Below are positions 39,541 through 52,895 of a DNA stretch of 64,000 bases, one piece after another (the first letter of the stretch is position 1; each line of letters starts with the position of its first letter). The notes beneath the pieces are model-generated. The model worked only from the letters and a program-made list of their open reading frames with translations. It made no database searches and had not been told where the DNA came from. The stretch is from the NCBI RefSeq assembly GCF_036321535.1, contig NC_087436.1:85686001-85750000 (forward strand), given 5' to 3'. The position numbers and the translations under genes are program-made. Source of the stretch: Camelus dromedarius. Lineage: Eukaryota.

Positions 39541-40754
39541 AGACGGAGTTCTATTTAGCACTAGCTTCATTTAATGTTTCAGCATTCCAATAATTTAACC
39601 CAGGAGTAGGTCTAATAGAACCCATCTAATAGGAAAAAGAGAGGAAAAAAAACACAGAAAAACACTAAAAAGCAAAGCTTCTCAAGCAAAACTTGGTTAG
39701 TGTGTTACTAGTAAGTCTAAAAATTTTAGCCTCTAACCCATGTATGGTTTGGACACCCAAACGTTTGGAAGGTCCTATATCATCTTTAAAAAATGGAAAT
39801 AGAAAGGCTAACAGGTTATGAGGTAGGAAAACATTTCCACCTTCCAAAAAGGCAAAGTCCTAGTAACTTTGACTCATGAGGATCTCGAAAGGTGTCCCAA
39901 ACCCCCAAACTGAGCAGTCCTTGCAGGCAAGCCCACCGTGGGTATTATTTCAGCCTATATAAAGGCCCTGAGACTTCCAGCCAAGCGGGTGACCCAGATG
40001 GATGGCTGGGAGGCCATCTGAAGCCATCTGTCTGCACGGCTGTCCTCACAGGTCTACCCACACCTTTAGCAAATGGTGGGCTGCTCTGTGCTTTATTTGC
40101 AGGGTGTGGCACTTAAGGTGGCTTCTCCCTGGAAGGACAGTTCAGCCATTTGTAACTGTATTTAACTATGACCAAAATTACATAAAAGGCAGCCCAGATT
40201 CTGCAAATGCAGTCAAAGGGAAGTATTCCCATCACGAGGCCTCATCCTGGGTGATTTACTACCTTGACTGATTTGGGTATACCGTAGGATCTATACATAA
40301 TTGCTCACACCAGACAGGATGTCAATTATATGATGCAGTGGTTTAGAAATAATACATTATTTAGCTTCTCCTTAAATTGGTCCAACCCCCTGTTAACACT
40401 CTGCCATAAACAGAGGGAAACTGGGTGATTTTGAGAGTCAGTCTGGTAGAGTTCAGCAGTCATTAGGATATCCAATCGAGCCTAACATTACCTGTGTTCC
40501 TCGTAAGCCAGAAGATGAAAGGTGAGCCCCTTCGTTCCCTAGACCTTACCTGTCCTACCTGCCTTCCTGTACCACCACCTGAGTACACTGGCCTCTCACT
40601 CAGCCGGTAGGTCTGTCATTAAAGGAGAGATCTTCAAGATGGGAGAGGGATCTATGTATGGCCCCTAGATATCATTTGCCACAAATCTTAAATTCATAAT
40701 ACTGATCTGGAAATGCAACCAGATAGCATTTTGAAGTGTCATTTTAGTTTACTG

Positions 40755-41035
40755 GCAAATCAAAACCACAGTGAGATATCGTCTCACACCTGTCAGCATA
40801 GCTATTATCAAAAAGACAGGAGAAAACAGGTGTTGGTGAGGATGTGGAGGAAAGCGAACTCTTGTACACTGTTTGTGGGAAGGTGAACTGGTATAGCCAT
40901 TATGGAAACAGTATGAAGTTTCCTCAAGGAATGAAAAACAGAACTACCATGTTCACTGCAGTAATATTCACAATAGCCTAGGTATGGAAATAAACAAATT
41001 TCCTTCAATGGATGAATGGATAAGGAAAATGTGGG
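40755..41035 (+). mobile_element. L1 ORF2 3' fragment, internally deleted
   Basis: gcaaatcaaaaccacagtgagatatcgtctcacacctgtcag...ggtgttggtgaggatgtggag...gatgaatggataaggaaaatgtgg. Confidence 0.85.
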
Positions 41036-44000
41036 GGGTGTGTATGAGAAAGACGGATAAAGAGGAGACAAGTGGATAATTAGGGTTAAAATACATGTTT
41101 GGCCTTTTTATTATGTGACATTTGTTGTAACCGAAGAGATCAGAGGTTTCTAATCGAGCGTCACAGGCTACCTACAGGATCTTGATGATGCCACTTTTTT
41201 CCAACATCTGCAGGAAGTTTGGAAAGAGTAGTTAAAGCCTATTAAGAAAACACATTTGGAAAAGAAAAAAAAAAAGAAAACACATTTGGGTAGCTTTATA
41301 GTTCTTAGACCTCTATTTTCCTCCCAATTTTGATCTGAATGGGAAACAGTCATTTTCATTGAAGACATCAAACTTCTTTTTAGAACTAAGAATCTGATTT
41401 CCATATATGTCTCCAATAAGCAATTCAAGAGTAAATATAGTAATGCAACTTCAATGTAAAGAATCACTGATTTTTTTGTTTCATTTTTTGGCCATTATAA
41501 ACCACGTTTAATGTCACTGAGTCAACTTAACAGACCCATGTAAATTATGGCTTGTTAGAGATGTTAAAAACATATTAAAACATTTTCAAGCTTAACAAGT
41601 ACATATTTTTCTCTCAAAGTCTCCCACATAAGTGACTAAAACACAAACACACACAATATCTTCAGATCTACATGCGGAATTTTCAAAACAAATGGATTTT
41701 TCAGCCACCAACATTTAACTATTTAAAATCAAGGATTTTCCTGAGCATTTCTCACAGTTGAATCTATTAAGCAATTATGGGTCCCTGTCACTGAGTAAAA
41801 GTAGCCTGAATTTCCTACACTAATAGTTTGCAATTATTATTCTGATTTTTATTCATTCTAATTTTTGCAGAGTGCAAAAATTCCTGGGGCTCAGTTTATT
41901 TACAGACTAAACCATGCAGTAGATCTACATGTGTACTTGGCTCAGCTAAAACCACGGTATGTCAAATGGACACAATTGTTCCAAGTTTTAAACTATTTTG
42001 AGCTTCTGATTTTAACATATAACATTAAACAAAACAAAACAAAACAAAACTTGGCATCATGAGAGCATTAATTAGAATTTCCAAGCCCCAGAAATAAAAA
42101 TCAACAAAGAAACTAGCTAACTATATCTGTGAAGATCAGCTGGGACATATTTCATAGCAAACAGATCAAAGTTTCATACAAAAATGCTACCTCTGTCAAA
42201 GCCTCTGGAGATCAAGAAATCCAAGGGGTTAGGTAAGTGAAATAAACAGCTTTTATCAGCTTAGTGTTTGGAATAAACTGACACCGATGAAGAGACTACC
42301 TGAAGAGATTCACCCAAGAGGGCAGAAACGACACACCTTCACCTGCGTGCTCAGTGCCACAAAGCAGGAGCTCAGTACATGCTGGGTGCTCTACGCACCC
42401 AGACCCCAGGAGCAGAGGCCTCCTGCACTAACAAGGAATCCAAGAAAGGATCATTTGGGAAGGTTAAGACCATAGTTCCTGTCTAGTTTCAAACAAGCAT
42501 GTGTTCACCAGCAGAGGTGATTAAAACGGATCCCGTCCAGTGGTAAATTAGGCTGGTAAGTAAAATGGTAGCACTTCCGTCACCCAGAGGAAAGTAAGGG
42601 TGACTTCAGAGATGTCCTTCTAAGGTTGATGACTCATGACCAACTGGCAGACCATATGCTGGCAAATGGGAGCATGAAAAAGGGGAAAAGAGACAGACCT
42701 TAATGCATCCTTTGAAGCCAGGGGAAAAATGCAAGCAACCCAACCGTATAAAATTCCCAACTACTAAGCTTCTCAAAGCCAGGCCTTGTCCATGATCTGT
42801 TGGTAGTGGTCCACAGGAGGTAAGTACAGAAGCTGAGATAAGCATTTAGAAGGAACAGTTTAATTTAATTATTATATCTGCTGAATCTAATAATAAAAAA
42901 AATCCATTCTTAGATTTTTATGTATCTTTGTTCTTTTCCATCTCACTTTTCTAGTGACTGGTTCTCACTGTGTAAGTACTGATCCAGAATGAACTGGAAA
43001 CTAGGAAAACAAAGGGTCCTTTACCAGGGATGAAGCACTGCGCTAGAACACCCAAAATAAAGTTTTGTATGGACAGGATGCAGATGATGCTTGCAAGGAT
43101 ATTGATTTACCTGCAATCATCTCTTCAATTACTTGAACATTAAGATTTTTCAGAAGCAGGTAATTTTGCCCATGTGTGATACACTAAGCTCCTCTGATTA
43201 ACATCTGAGTTAATCTAGAGATACTTGAATTGCGGGCCAGTGAGATACCATGTAATCAAAACTTTCCAAAGAACTGAGATGTTAATTAACATGTTTCCCT
43301 TGAGTTCTGTGGTCATACACATCGGAGATGTATGCTCAATCCCACGCCTCCCCCTGGGAAGGTGTAATACACGTTAGCGTATTAAGGATGCGGGGCAGGC
43401 CCGCAGGTCAGAAAAGTGTTTATGTCGATGCGACACTTATTTAACTACATGTTAACACCTTGTTCAGGAAACACAATTTGGGAAATGTTGAAATAGACAA
43501 AAGACTCCAGATTAGCAATCAAAAACCTGTCTTGAATGCCACTCGCTAGCTGTTTCTTGTCTTCATTTGTAAAGGGGTCATGCACCCCCCTCACCGTGCT
43601 GGTGAGCACAGCATCAGTGAGGTGGTGATGGAAAACCACTCCATATGGCAAATAATTAGCTCCTCGAGGACAGGGACCTGTCCCATCCTGCTGCCCAACA
43701 CATGCAAAGCTGCTCTCTAGGGAGTGGTCCAGGTCATCACCTCACCTGCTCCCCCCATGCCCAGGATGGCTAATTTCAGTGGTCATTTTCTGGGCCAGTC
43801 CCTGGGGATTCTTTGTCTTTGGAAGCCTCCCGTCTCTGGTCCTTTCCCTGGTGTGGTGTGTGTGCCAGGAACCTGCTGCCCTTCCTGGGAAATGCAGACA
43901 GCCCCGGAGTAGAGCCAGGAGCAGACCCTACCCCTGGCAAAAGCCCCAGCTGGTGAACACTCTCCCTGGGCCTCAGCCTCTGTGCAGAGACACTGCCCCA

Positions 44001-44614
44001 AGACACTGTGGGGTGCTGGCCACGCAGGGCTAAGGTGTTCAGGTTCTCACGTCCACCGCCATCCTCCCACCCTAAACCACCTGCTCCCTTCCCCCACATC
44101 CCTGCATGGGACGCAGTGGCGACCCACCCAGACCAATACTACATTCATGTCAGTGGGAGAACAATCTAAACTCAAATAATACCCCAACCCCGAAAGAGAA
44201 AGCAACATAACAAAGAAATCATGTCAGGGCTTGAAAGCATCTCTTTCCCACCTAATACTATAATCCAGCTCCTATTCAACCTCTGGCTCCCCATTTCAAC
44301 AATCAATAGCAATACACTCTCCCTCGAACTATTATTTTTCACTTCTATGGCTCCTCTGTTGACTTCAAAGGCAGCACCCAGAATCTGAGAGTCAGCTACC
44401 AGGTCATGTGGTCAGCGAAATGTAGGACAAGGAACTGGTTTCCGTACACATTCTTCCAACCACCAAACCACGAGGTCTTTGTTAAGGTCAAAATTATCAT
44501 GAAACATTATTTACCCAGTACACAATGAACCCGGTGCGGCAGCTGTTACAAACACGAGCCACAACTTAAAAGAATAAAAAAATAAAAAGATAAGAGGGCA
44601 TTTGGTCTACTCAC

Positions 44615-44730
44615 TGTTCACGTAAACACTAAACGTCATGGAAGAACTGACATCAGAATTGGACACGAGAAACGTGTAGGTGCCTCCTTCGGTCCCTTTT
44701 AATCTGGTGAGATGAAGTTCACTTACGTAT
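44615..44730 (-). CDS. KIT: KIT exon 7 (116 nt)
   Basis: tgcag|ATACGTA...GTGAACA|gtgagt; encodes [27 protein letters not shown]. Confidence 0.98.
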
Positions 44731-46074
44731 CTGCAAAGAAAGGACACCTCATCAGTCACCTGGGGACGGCCTGCCTTGGAGGGTGTGTCTTTGTCAGTTT
44801 CTACCTGGAAACACATGCCTGTTTTGGAAAAATATGCCCCACTTAACTCAGTAATTGCAAGAACCACGTTAAAAAATGCAAACACACACACATACACACA
44901 TATTTCACTGGCGACCAGCGCCTAGCGTGTGAGAATAGAGTGAAGCAAGGTTTCTCAGCATAAAGGCAACCTCACGGACACGGCAGCCTCTCCCTCTTCC
45001 TGTGCTGTCCCCACGGCCGCATCCTTCCCCGCCCTGGTCCTCTGTTCAACCTCCCTCTCACCAGTGTCCTGAACTCACCTGCCCTGCTTTACTGGCACTC
45101 GCCTGGCAAAACCCCAGACTGCCCATCGTCTACATGTAGGTGTCTCCACACAGACACTTCAGGGCCACACAGCAAGGTCAATACCACTGCCCTCACCTTC
45201 CTTCTTGCAACACCACCATCTCCTGGTTTTCCTCCTACCCCGGTACTTCTTCCAAGTATCCTTTGCAACATTTGCTATTCAAGCTTCTGTTTGACACCAG
45301 GGCCACCAGAGACAGCAGCGTAGACTGAGCACACAGTCCAACCATCGGGGGAGTTACCGACGTGGGCTCCAGTGTGGAGGGAGCACCCTGGCCAGCTCTC
45401 GGCCCACACAACAGACTTGACTCACACGGTGGCTTGTCCGGCCTCCCCTCTCACACTGCACACGCTCCCTGGGCAATCCACGCTCCCTTGAACTACTGGC
45501 TGTCCACTCACAACTTTCACAACCTGCCCTCTAGTCCAGCCCTGTCTGACCTATGTGTCCTTGCTCTACAGAGCTATTTTCATGCCCCTCAGTGCAGGGT
45601 GCCCCTGGGACCAGACCACGTTCACCCACATCCTTTCTTTCCTCTTTTCCCCTCCCCAGCCAGCTCCTCCACTCCCTGCCAGGTCTCTCGCTCCTTTAAT
45701 GAAGCCCTTGCCTGGGACCCTGTCTCTCAGGCTCTGCTTCTAGGGAACCTGACTTAGGGTCTGTCCTACATGAATATCTCTACTCAGGATCCCACAGTCA
45801 ACCCCAGATTCAACAAACCCCAAGCTGAGTCCATTGTCTTGGCCCCTCCCCACTCAGCTAGTATCGCCTCTCACCATCCAGTGTGCCTGCCATAACCAGA
45901 CTCCTGAGAGCATCTTCCACTCCTCCTGCCTCTCCCCCACCCCTTCAATCACCAAGTCTTTTAAGAAGGAAGTCTGGACACCTCCCAATCCATTCTCTTC
46001 CACCAGCCCTTAGACCTTGGCCCAGGACAGCATCCTCTGTCACCCACATTCTGACAACAGCCAAGAGCTCCTGA

Positions 46075-46290
46075 CTAGAAGAAAATGCCAGCTCTACCTA
46101 GGCACACACCGCTCACTAGCCTTTGGCTCTTGGACAAATTACTCATCTGAGTCTCCGATTCCTCTTCTGAGAAATGAGGAAAGTCAGAGTGCCTCCTCAT
46201 AGGGTTTGTGGAGACTAAAATTGTTGAGTTAATACATGGAAGGGACTTAGAACAGGAAAAGGCACAGACAGCTTCCATGAGGTGTCACTA
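46075..46290. mobile_element. MIR SINE, next to an L2-like segment at about 45740-46070
   Basis: ttggacaaattactcatctgagtctccgattcctcttctgagaaatgagg...cctcatagggtttgtggagactaaa. Confidence 0.7.
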
Positions 46291-46729
46291 CTGCTGTTTC
46301 CATTATACATGTTCTGGGGATCAAATGAGAGGTTTGATGTAAGAGCAACTTGGGTTCACTGCCCGGCCCAAAGGTACTTGATGAGGCTTAGTTTCCCTAC
46401 AGTTTTAAAAAAATGATTAAAGGCACGAACATTCCTCTTTCTCTGAAGAGAATTATTTAACGTGTCCCCCCGTCTATGCCAGTCACTGCTTTAAACATTC
46501 TAGGAGAGAACTTTATCCTCCAGTTTACAAATGAGAACACTGAGGCATGGGCTTCTCTGTGCGCTCCAAACACACAAGAGAATGAAATGAAGAAGGCTCA
46601 GAAAGTAGCCGCACACTTCCTTCTGTCCCAGCTGTCCTCTCACACACTGATGGGTCACAGAAACAGGATCCGGAGAGTCAGGGGGGCGGGCGGAAGCGTG
46701 TAAGCCCCAGCGCTAAGCCCTCTTCTCAC

Positions 46730-46919
46730 CTGATGTTACTTTCGTTCTCAGACTTGGGATAATCTTCCCACTTATCCGTGAAGGTTCTGTTCATATACAC
46801 CCACTGTCGGTGTTCAGGCTTGGGATATGCCTCGTACTCAACAACTAGATCCACATTCTCTCCATCGTTGACAAATACGGTTGTGTTCATCGTAGGGAAG
46901 ATATTAATGAATCCTTTAT
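46730..46919 (-). CDS. KIT: KIT exon 6 (190 nt)
   Basis: actag|ATAAAGGA...AACATCAG|gtgag; encodes [36 protein letters not shown]...KSENESNI. Confidence 0.97.
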
Positions 46920-48016
46920 CTAGTCACAGCAGAATGAAATACAAAGAAACTGTTACCCACAAAATCCCGGCACACAACACAACTTCATCTTTGGATTATA
47001 AACGTAACTCACTGATGTCCAGTATTCATTGGCAATGACAAATAAGAATTTTAAGTAGCCATTTTACATTTTGTTTTGCTCTTGGAGTCTCGTGGTCATA
47101 AAGTGAGAAAGGACGCAAACTGGAGATGTTTATTCTCCCATCTCTGTCTCTTAAGCAACTCTGTTAAAGATCTCTCATCATCTTATAAGTCTTCTGGAAC
47201 TACCAGTCATGATGTTTATTAGGTTAAACAGTATCTGAACTAAATAGTTTCTAGCCCATACTCAGACCCAGTGTAGTTGTACATGTGATAAGGAGATGTC
47301 ATAAATCCAGAAGACTGCCCCCAATGTTCCATAAACATGTTGAAAGAATGTCATTTAGTATTTGAAAAAAAACAAACTTAGGTCTTCTTATTGCATCATA
47401 TACCACAGATGAACCAAGGACAGCATTTTAACAATCAAACCATTCTTTTACCTAAACGACTGAACTGACTTCTATCAAACTTCTACAAAGGGGATAGTTT
47501 TCTAGGCCTTTAAGAAGCAACAGCAGAAAAAAAAAAGAAATCATATAAAAGATAAATCTGAATACATGGACATTTTAAGATGTCTATATGGTAAAACGAA
47601 TTAAGGTAATAGAAAAAAGAGGACATGAAAATATAGAAGGAAAAATAAACTAGTAACTTAAATAAAGCATCCCTTTCACATATTAAAAACAGCAAAACTT
47701 CAATAAAGCTGTTAAAAAATAATGTATATCCATTCTATGGGAAAATAGCAAAACGAATTTGAAATAAACTGAATAATTTTGCAAGTGTAGTAAAAGAAGC
47801 ACACCGGTCACACTCTGCAAATTGGCACAACTCTTTTAGAAAGCATTTAGCAATAAAGAATTTTTAAAAATGATCTATTTTTCAATTTAATTTGGAGAAC
47901 TCTTAGTGAGATAGCTACATGCAGAAAGAACCACTATTTGCACTAGTTATAACAATTTTTAAAATGAGAAAATAGGGAACTGGTTAAATAAATAAAGCAG
48001 CCCTGAGAAACGTTAT

Positions 48017-48098
48017 ATAATAATAATAATAATAATCATAATCATAATAATCATAATAATAATAATAATAATAAAAATAATAATAAAAATAAAATAAA
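48017..48098. repeat. Imperfect (TAA/TCA)n microsatellite in intron 5
   Basis: Seen directly in the sequence. Confidence 0.92.
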
Positions 48099-49304
48099 AG
48101 CTTGGAAAAGACTATAATAAAATAATTGTCAATATTACATTTATAGTCTCCATTTATGGAATGCCTGCTATGTGCCAAGAACTGCCCTGAGTACTTTAAC
48201 ATACATTTTATTTAATAATTATAGCAAATATTCACTGTTACAACAATACGGAAAGAAACCGCTTGTGACCCATAATTTATAGATGAAAAAAATCAAGTCC
48301 TGGAAAGCCATATAGCTGGCTACCCAAGGCTGGCCTCTTCTCCCTGCAGCACACCTGGAGTCTCCATACACTTTAAGTAAGAAAGAGAGAGAAAATGAAA
48401 TTATATGTATAATTAAACCCCTGTTGCATGTAAAAATATAAACAATATGCCAAAACCTAAAAATGGTTATATCAAGTCAGCAGAATTATGGAAGAGTTTT
48501 AATCTTATTCTTCTATTTATTCTTCAAAATTTGAAAGTTAATTATAAAATTTTAAATTGCCCTTATCTTTGGCACTACTTGGCTAAATATAATTATATCC
48601 CACATGAGGTTCTCATTAGACTATTTACTGTCCTTTAGTTTCCTACAGATTCAGAATAAAAAATGGAGTCCAACTGCCCTTTGTATCGATGGAAGAAATA
48701 TTTTTCAGGTGAAAATAAAACATCATCCAAATGAAATCAAGGATGGAAATCACCCCCTTTTCTAATATCTGAATCATAAATGGTACCCCCTCCTCCGCCA
48801 TTCTTTAAGCTAATTTAGGTTAATTTCGAGGAAATAAATATTTTGTCTGAATGCTACATTAAATGTTCAGGTACTCAAGGTCATAAAGTCAAAGATACTA
48901 CAGAATGCAAAATATTCAAATATTACAGGCAACAACATTTGCACTCAGTTCTCTCACAATCACGTATATGTAAAAAATACTTAAGTTCCTCCAGAGTTTA
49001 TCTGTAGTCTAGTTTGCTCAACATAGTTTTATGTCCTATAATAGAACACAGTCTCAAATTCATGAAGTATAAGAATTACTAGAATCAAAGAGCCCCACCC
49101 GAGTTGTTATAACATAAAAAATGATTTCTTCAAGTAAGTGTGCATTAAGAAATTGGTGATACATTAACATTTAATCAAGTGCTAACACTATGCCAGGCAC
49201 ATCTATAAAAGCCATTGCCTTTCTCCTTTCTGCAGCTTTGGGAGTTAGAGGCTGTGCTTCTCAGAAGAGAAAATTAAAGTGAGATGCATTCAAAAGTTAA
49301 ACAG

Positions 49305-49522
49305 CATGCAAACTACGATATATAAAATACATAAACAACAAGGCCCTGCTATATATAGTACAGGGAACTAGATTCAATACCTTATAATAACCTATAGTGA
49401 AAAAGTATCTATATGTGTGTGTGTGTATATAGATATAAAACTGAATCACCACACTGTATACCGGAAACTACCACAACATTGTAAATTGACTACACTTCAA
49501 TAAAAAATTTAAAAAAAAAAAA
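49305..49522 (+). mobile_element. L1 3'UTR terminus with polyA
   Basis: tataaaatacataaacaacaaggccctgctatatatagtacagggaac...acattgtaaattgactacacttcaataaaaaa. Confidence 0.8.
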
Positions 49523-51101
49523 GCTAAGTGGCAGAGCCCCAGCTCAAAACCAGGTCGGGGCCATCCCGAAGCCCCGTGCTCTGCACCACTCCATCTCATG
49601 TCCAAATCCTATTTCCAGCCCCTAAAGAAATTAGTTTTCTCTTTGTCTCTTCCTGTCCTTGTTCCACTCCAACGCGCTCCCGAAACAGCATAAAACCAGA
49701 TTCAGGTTTCACAGTCCCAAGTCTTTCCAGTTATACAGTTATATTGTTGGAAATTGATGAATGGATTTTAAAAATCTGATTACATACAACAATATGCTCA
49801 AAACATCCTTACTAATTGCTTTCTGGAGCTGAAGCTGATATATCAACATGCTCCCTAATCAACTTAGCAAATTAGCACTTATGAAGTTTAATATTTTAAA
49901 AGCATAGCCTTTTATTCAAATTAATAAATGGTTCACAACCATGCTTAGGGACAGAGCAATACTCTTTCTCTGGGCTGGCTTTATAATTGCAAGTGAAGTG
50001 TCTCTTCCACATTCAGTCTGGTGAGATACTTTCCATTACAACATGGGCAGAAATGCCAAAATCATAGGCGATTACTGTGGGAGAAATCACAGACCTCTAA
50101 CATTGCTGCATAAATTATTGAAGAAATACGGGGGAAAGGAGAGAACTGAACACAAATATCATTTCATTTTATCATTGCTCATGATGAAGAATTTCACCAC
50201 CCTAACAAGTACTTAAAAGTCAAGAGCTGAGAATTTGGTTGCATTAAAAAGACAAGAAAATAGATTAAATGCCAACAATATTCAAAAGACAAGAGGATAA
50301 ATGAAGTAATTTTTAAATTATTGTTATTTTCAGTAAATCAAAAACATCATGTACTTCACTATAGTCTGCTCTCATTAGGTAGATATTTAGTAGAGATTAG
50401 GTAGAGATTTCTGGAGCAGGGAAGACTAAACCCAGCGTGTATGCCAGAGATGATGGACGGAGTTAGGGCACAGGTTACCAGGTTTCCATTTATGCTCTGT
50501 AGAACCAATGACCTGTGCTCAGTGGGCTGCCTTCCTGAAGATTTATGCTACAAGCCCATAAGGTTGGAGGACAGGGTGAGGTCAGGGGTGTTCTGAGGAG
50601 GAAAAGCCCAATTCAGCCCTTTCTACTACAAAGGCACTAGCACCCACGAGCGGTAAAATGATAAACCAAAAGGCTGAGGAGCCTCATGAAATGACTCGGG
50701 GAAATACTTTCAGCTCTAAGCATATGCACTCCTCCAAAGGGAGCATCTGCATCCATTTCCAAACTCAAGCCATTCAGCAAGGACTAAAATTTTGGGGAAA
50801 GCTCAACCTACATTTCAATTGTTGGGGGGGAATCGGGGAAGCAGCAAATGACACGTTCAAACAACTTCAGTTACAGCTTTCCACTTCCCTCCGTGAAACT
50901 GGCAGAATCTGCCTTTGTGCTCTCGCCAGAAGAGGCTACAACAATCATTTTCTTTCATGTGTTCACTCATTCATTTATTCATTCAGTGATAATAAAATAT
51001 CTAAGAATCTGTTCAACATTCCATTAACAGAGAAAGGAAACTATCTAGTAATTTCTTCATTCACTACTGCCAGTAATTTATACATTCCCAGAGATATTTA
51101 C

Positions 51102-51270
51102 CTACTACTTCTAAGGTTGTTGTGACATTTGCTGATCCAAAAGTATTATTGGCATAACACATGAACACTCCAGAATCGTTAACTCTCGCTGAGCTGACAG
51201 TCAGTCTTTCCTGACGTAGAAAATTGAAGTCACCCTGATGCCAGCTATTCCGCTTCACCTGTGCTTTAGT
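51102..51270 (-). CDS. KIT: KIT exon 5 (169 nt)
   Basis: cacag|ACTAAAGCA...GTAGTAG|gtaaat; encodes [15 protein letters not shown]...[23 protein letters not shown]. Confidence 0.97.
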
Positions 51271-52689
51271 CTGTGGGTTTCAGAAGGGAAGGAAAAAAAA
51301 AAATCAAAGATTACCATAAAATTTATATTCAGGATCTTTCCCAGATAAATTAAAAATAGCAGCAATTAACTTTTCCATATTAGCATTCATTATACACCAC
51401 TTAAGAAAGAATAATAAAACATCATGACAAGTCTGTCTTTGGAACACTTCATATTACAGGATTATATTGAAAGATAGTCATTATTAATGATTGGAAAAAA
51501 ACATGAAAATTCATTTCTTCATAACCATAGCATACATAATTCCAAATTCTCTGCAGTGCTAAATATTTTTTAACGGTAACAAACTTTAGAAGTTCCTACA
51601 TAGGAAATATTACAGAATACTGATATTTTACAAATCAGCATACTAAATATATCCTTATCTTCGTACAGCACATTAATACTTCCTATTATATATATATTTT
51701 TCTATGCTATATCCCAGTGCTTGAAAGAAAACATATCACTAATAACAATCGTGCTATTTTATTAGCATTTATATTATTTTCATGAATGAAAATAGAATTA
51801 CAATGTTTAAGTCTAACTTGAGAATTCACCCTATAGTTCTTACCCAGCAGGACTCTGGCAACTATTAAAGGAAGTTTCAAAGTATGTGAGACATGAGACC
51901 AAAGCCCAATATTAAGCATAAGCTTAAAATTTTAAGCATAAGAAAAATGGTTGTAAATTTACTCTTGTGATCTCACCATCCCCCTGGTAATATTTATCTG
52001 TAGATAAAGCATGGAGAGATTCCTTGTATGGAAAACATCATGGGGAAAAACCATAGTATAAACTATAACCACCCTGTGAAGAGATTGAAGGGAGTAGCGG
52101 AGAGTGTTCTGCATCTTCCAAATTTTCTGTAACATGAATAAATTCCTACTACAATTGAAAAAAAAAAAGCAACTGAAAAAAGAAAGTAAACAGGAGTTGA
52201 TACTGACATGGACCAAGATCAAGGGTGATTCACTGGCCAGGCTTTGGTGAAGCTATTAGCATCAGACCGTTCTGACAGTACTGTAAATCAGAGCAATCCT
52301 TCTAGAAAGCAACTTGGAGGCATGTTCATACCCCGGATCAACTCTAGCACATTTATCTCAAGGAAATAACTCAGCAGAAAACAAAAGCTCCAAGATATTT
52401 ACTGCAGTGAAAAATTGGAGATCACCTAAATATATACCAGGTATCAATACTATGAATCTATGAAAATAAGAAAAATGCTTATTTTATGCAAAAAGCACAA
52501 AATGAGTATACCTTAAAACTACAACCAGGTGATAATACAAATGCATGAAGACAGAGAGAAAAGAAATATGAAAAAAAAATGGGCAATCCAGCACTTACAA
52601 GACGAAACACATGACTACTGAGAACTTGAAAGTAATTTGCAGTAAGTACAAATTGAGTTGTGTTGTAAATATACAATATGTTCCAGATT

Positions 52690-52895
52690 TTGAACACTTC
52701 ACATGGAAAAAAAAAGTATAAATATCCCATTAATAATTTTATGTTAGTTACAAGATAAAATATTTTGGATATACTGGATTTCATAAAAGACATTAAAATC
52801 AATTTTACTTTTTTGCTACTCTGTCATGTATCTACTAGAAAACTTTAAATTACATAGGAGGCTCACATTATATTTCTATTGCACAGTTGCTGCTA
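52690..52895. mobile_element. MER3/MER33-like hAT-Charlie remnant
   Basis: tattttggatatactgg...ctactagaaaactttaaattacata...ctcacattatatttctattgcacag. Confidence 0.7.

Noticed and set aside
47984..48202. Poly-Tyr ORF
   Set aside because: It is a translation of the (TAA/TCA)n microsatellite.
51271..51280. Tandem acceptor at exon 5 that would add a Gln
   Set aside because: The acceptor reads cccacag with a single AG, so there is no NAGNAG here.
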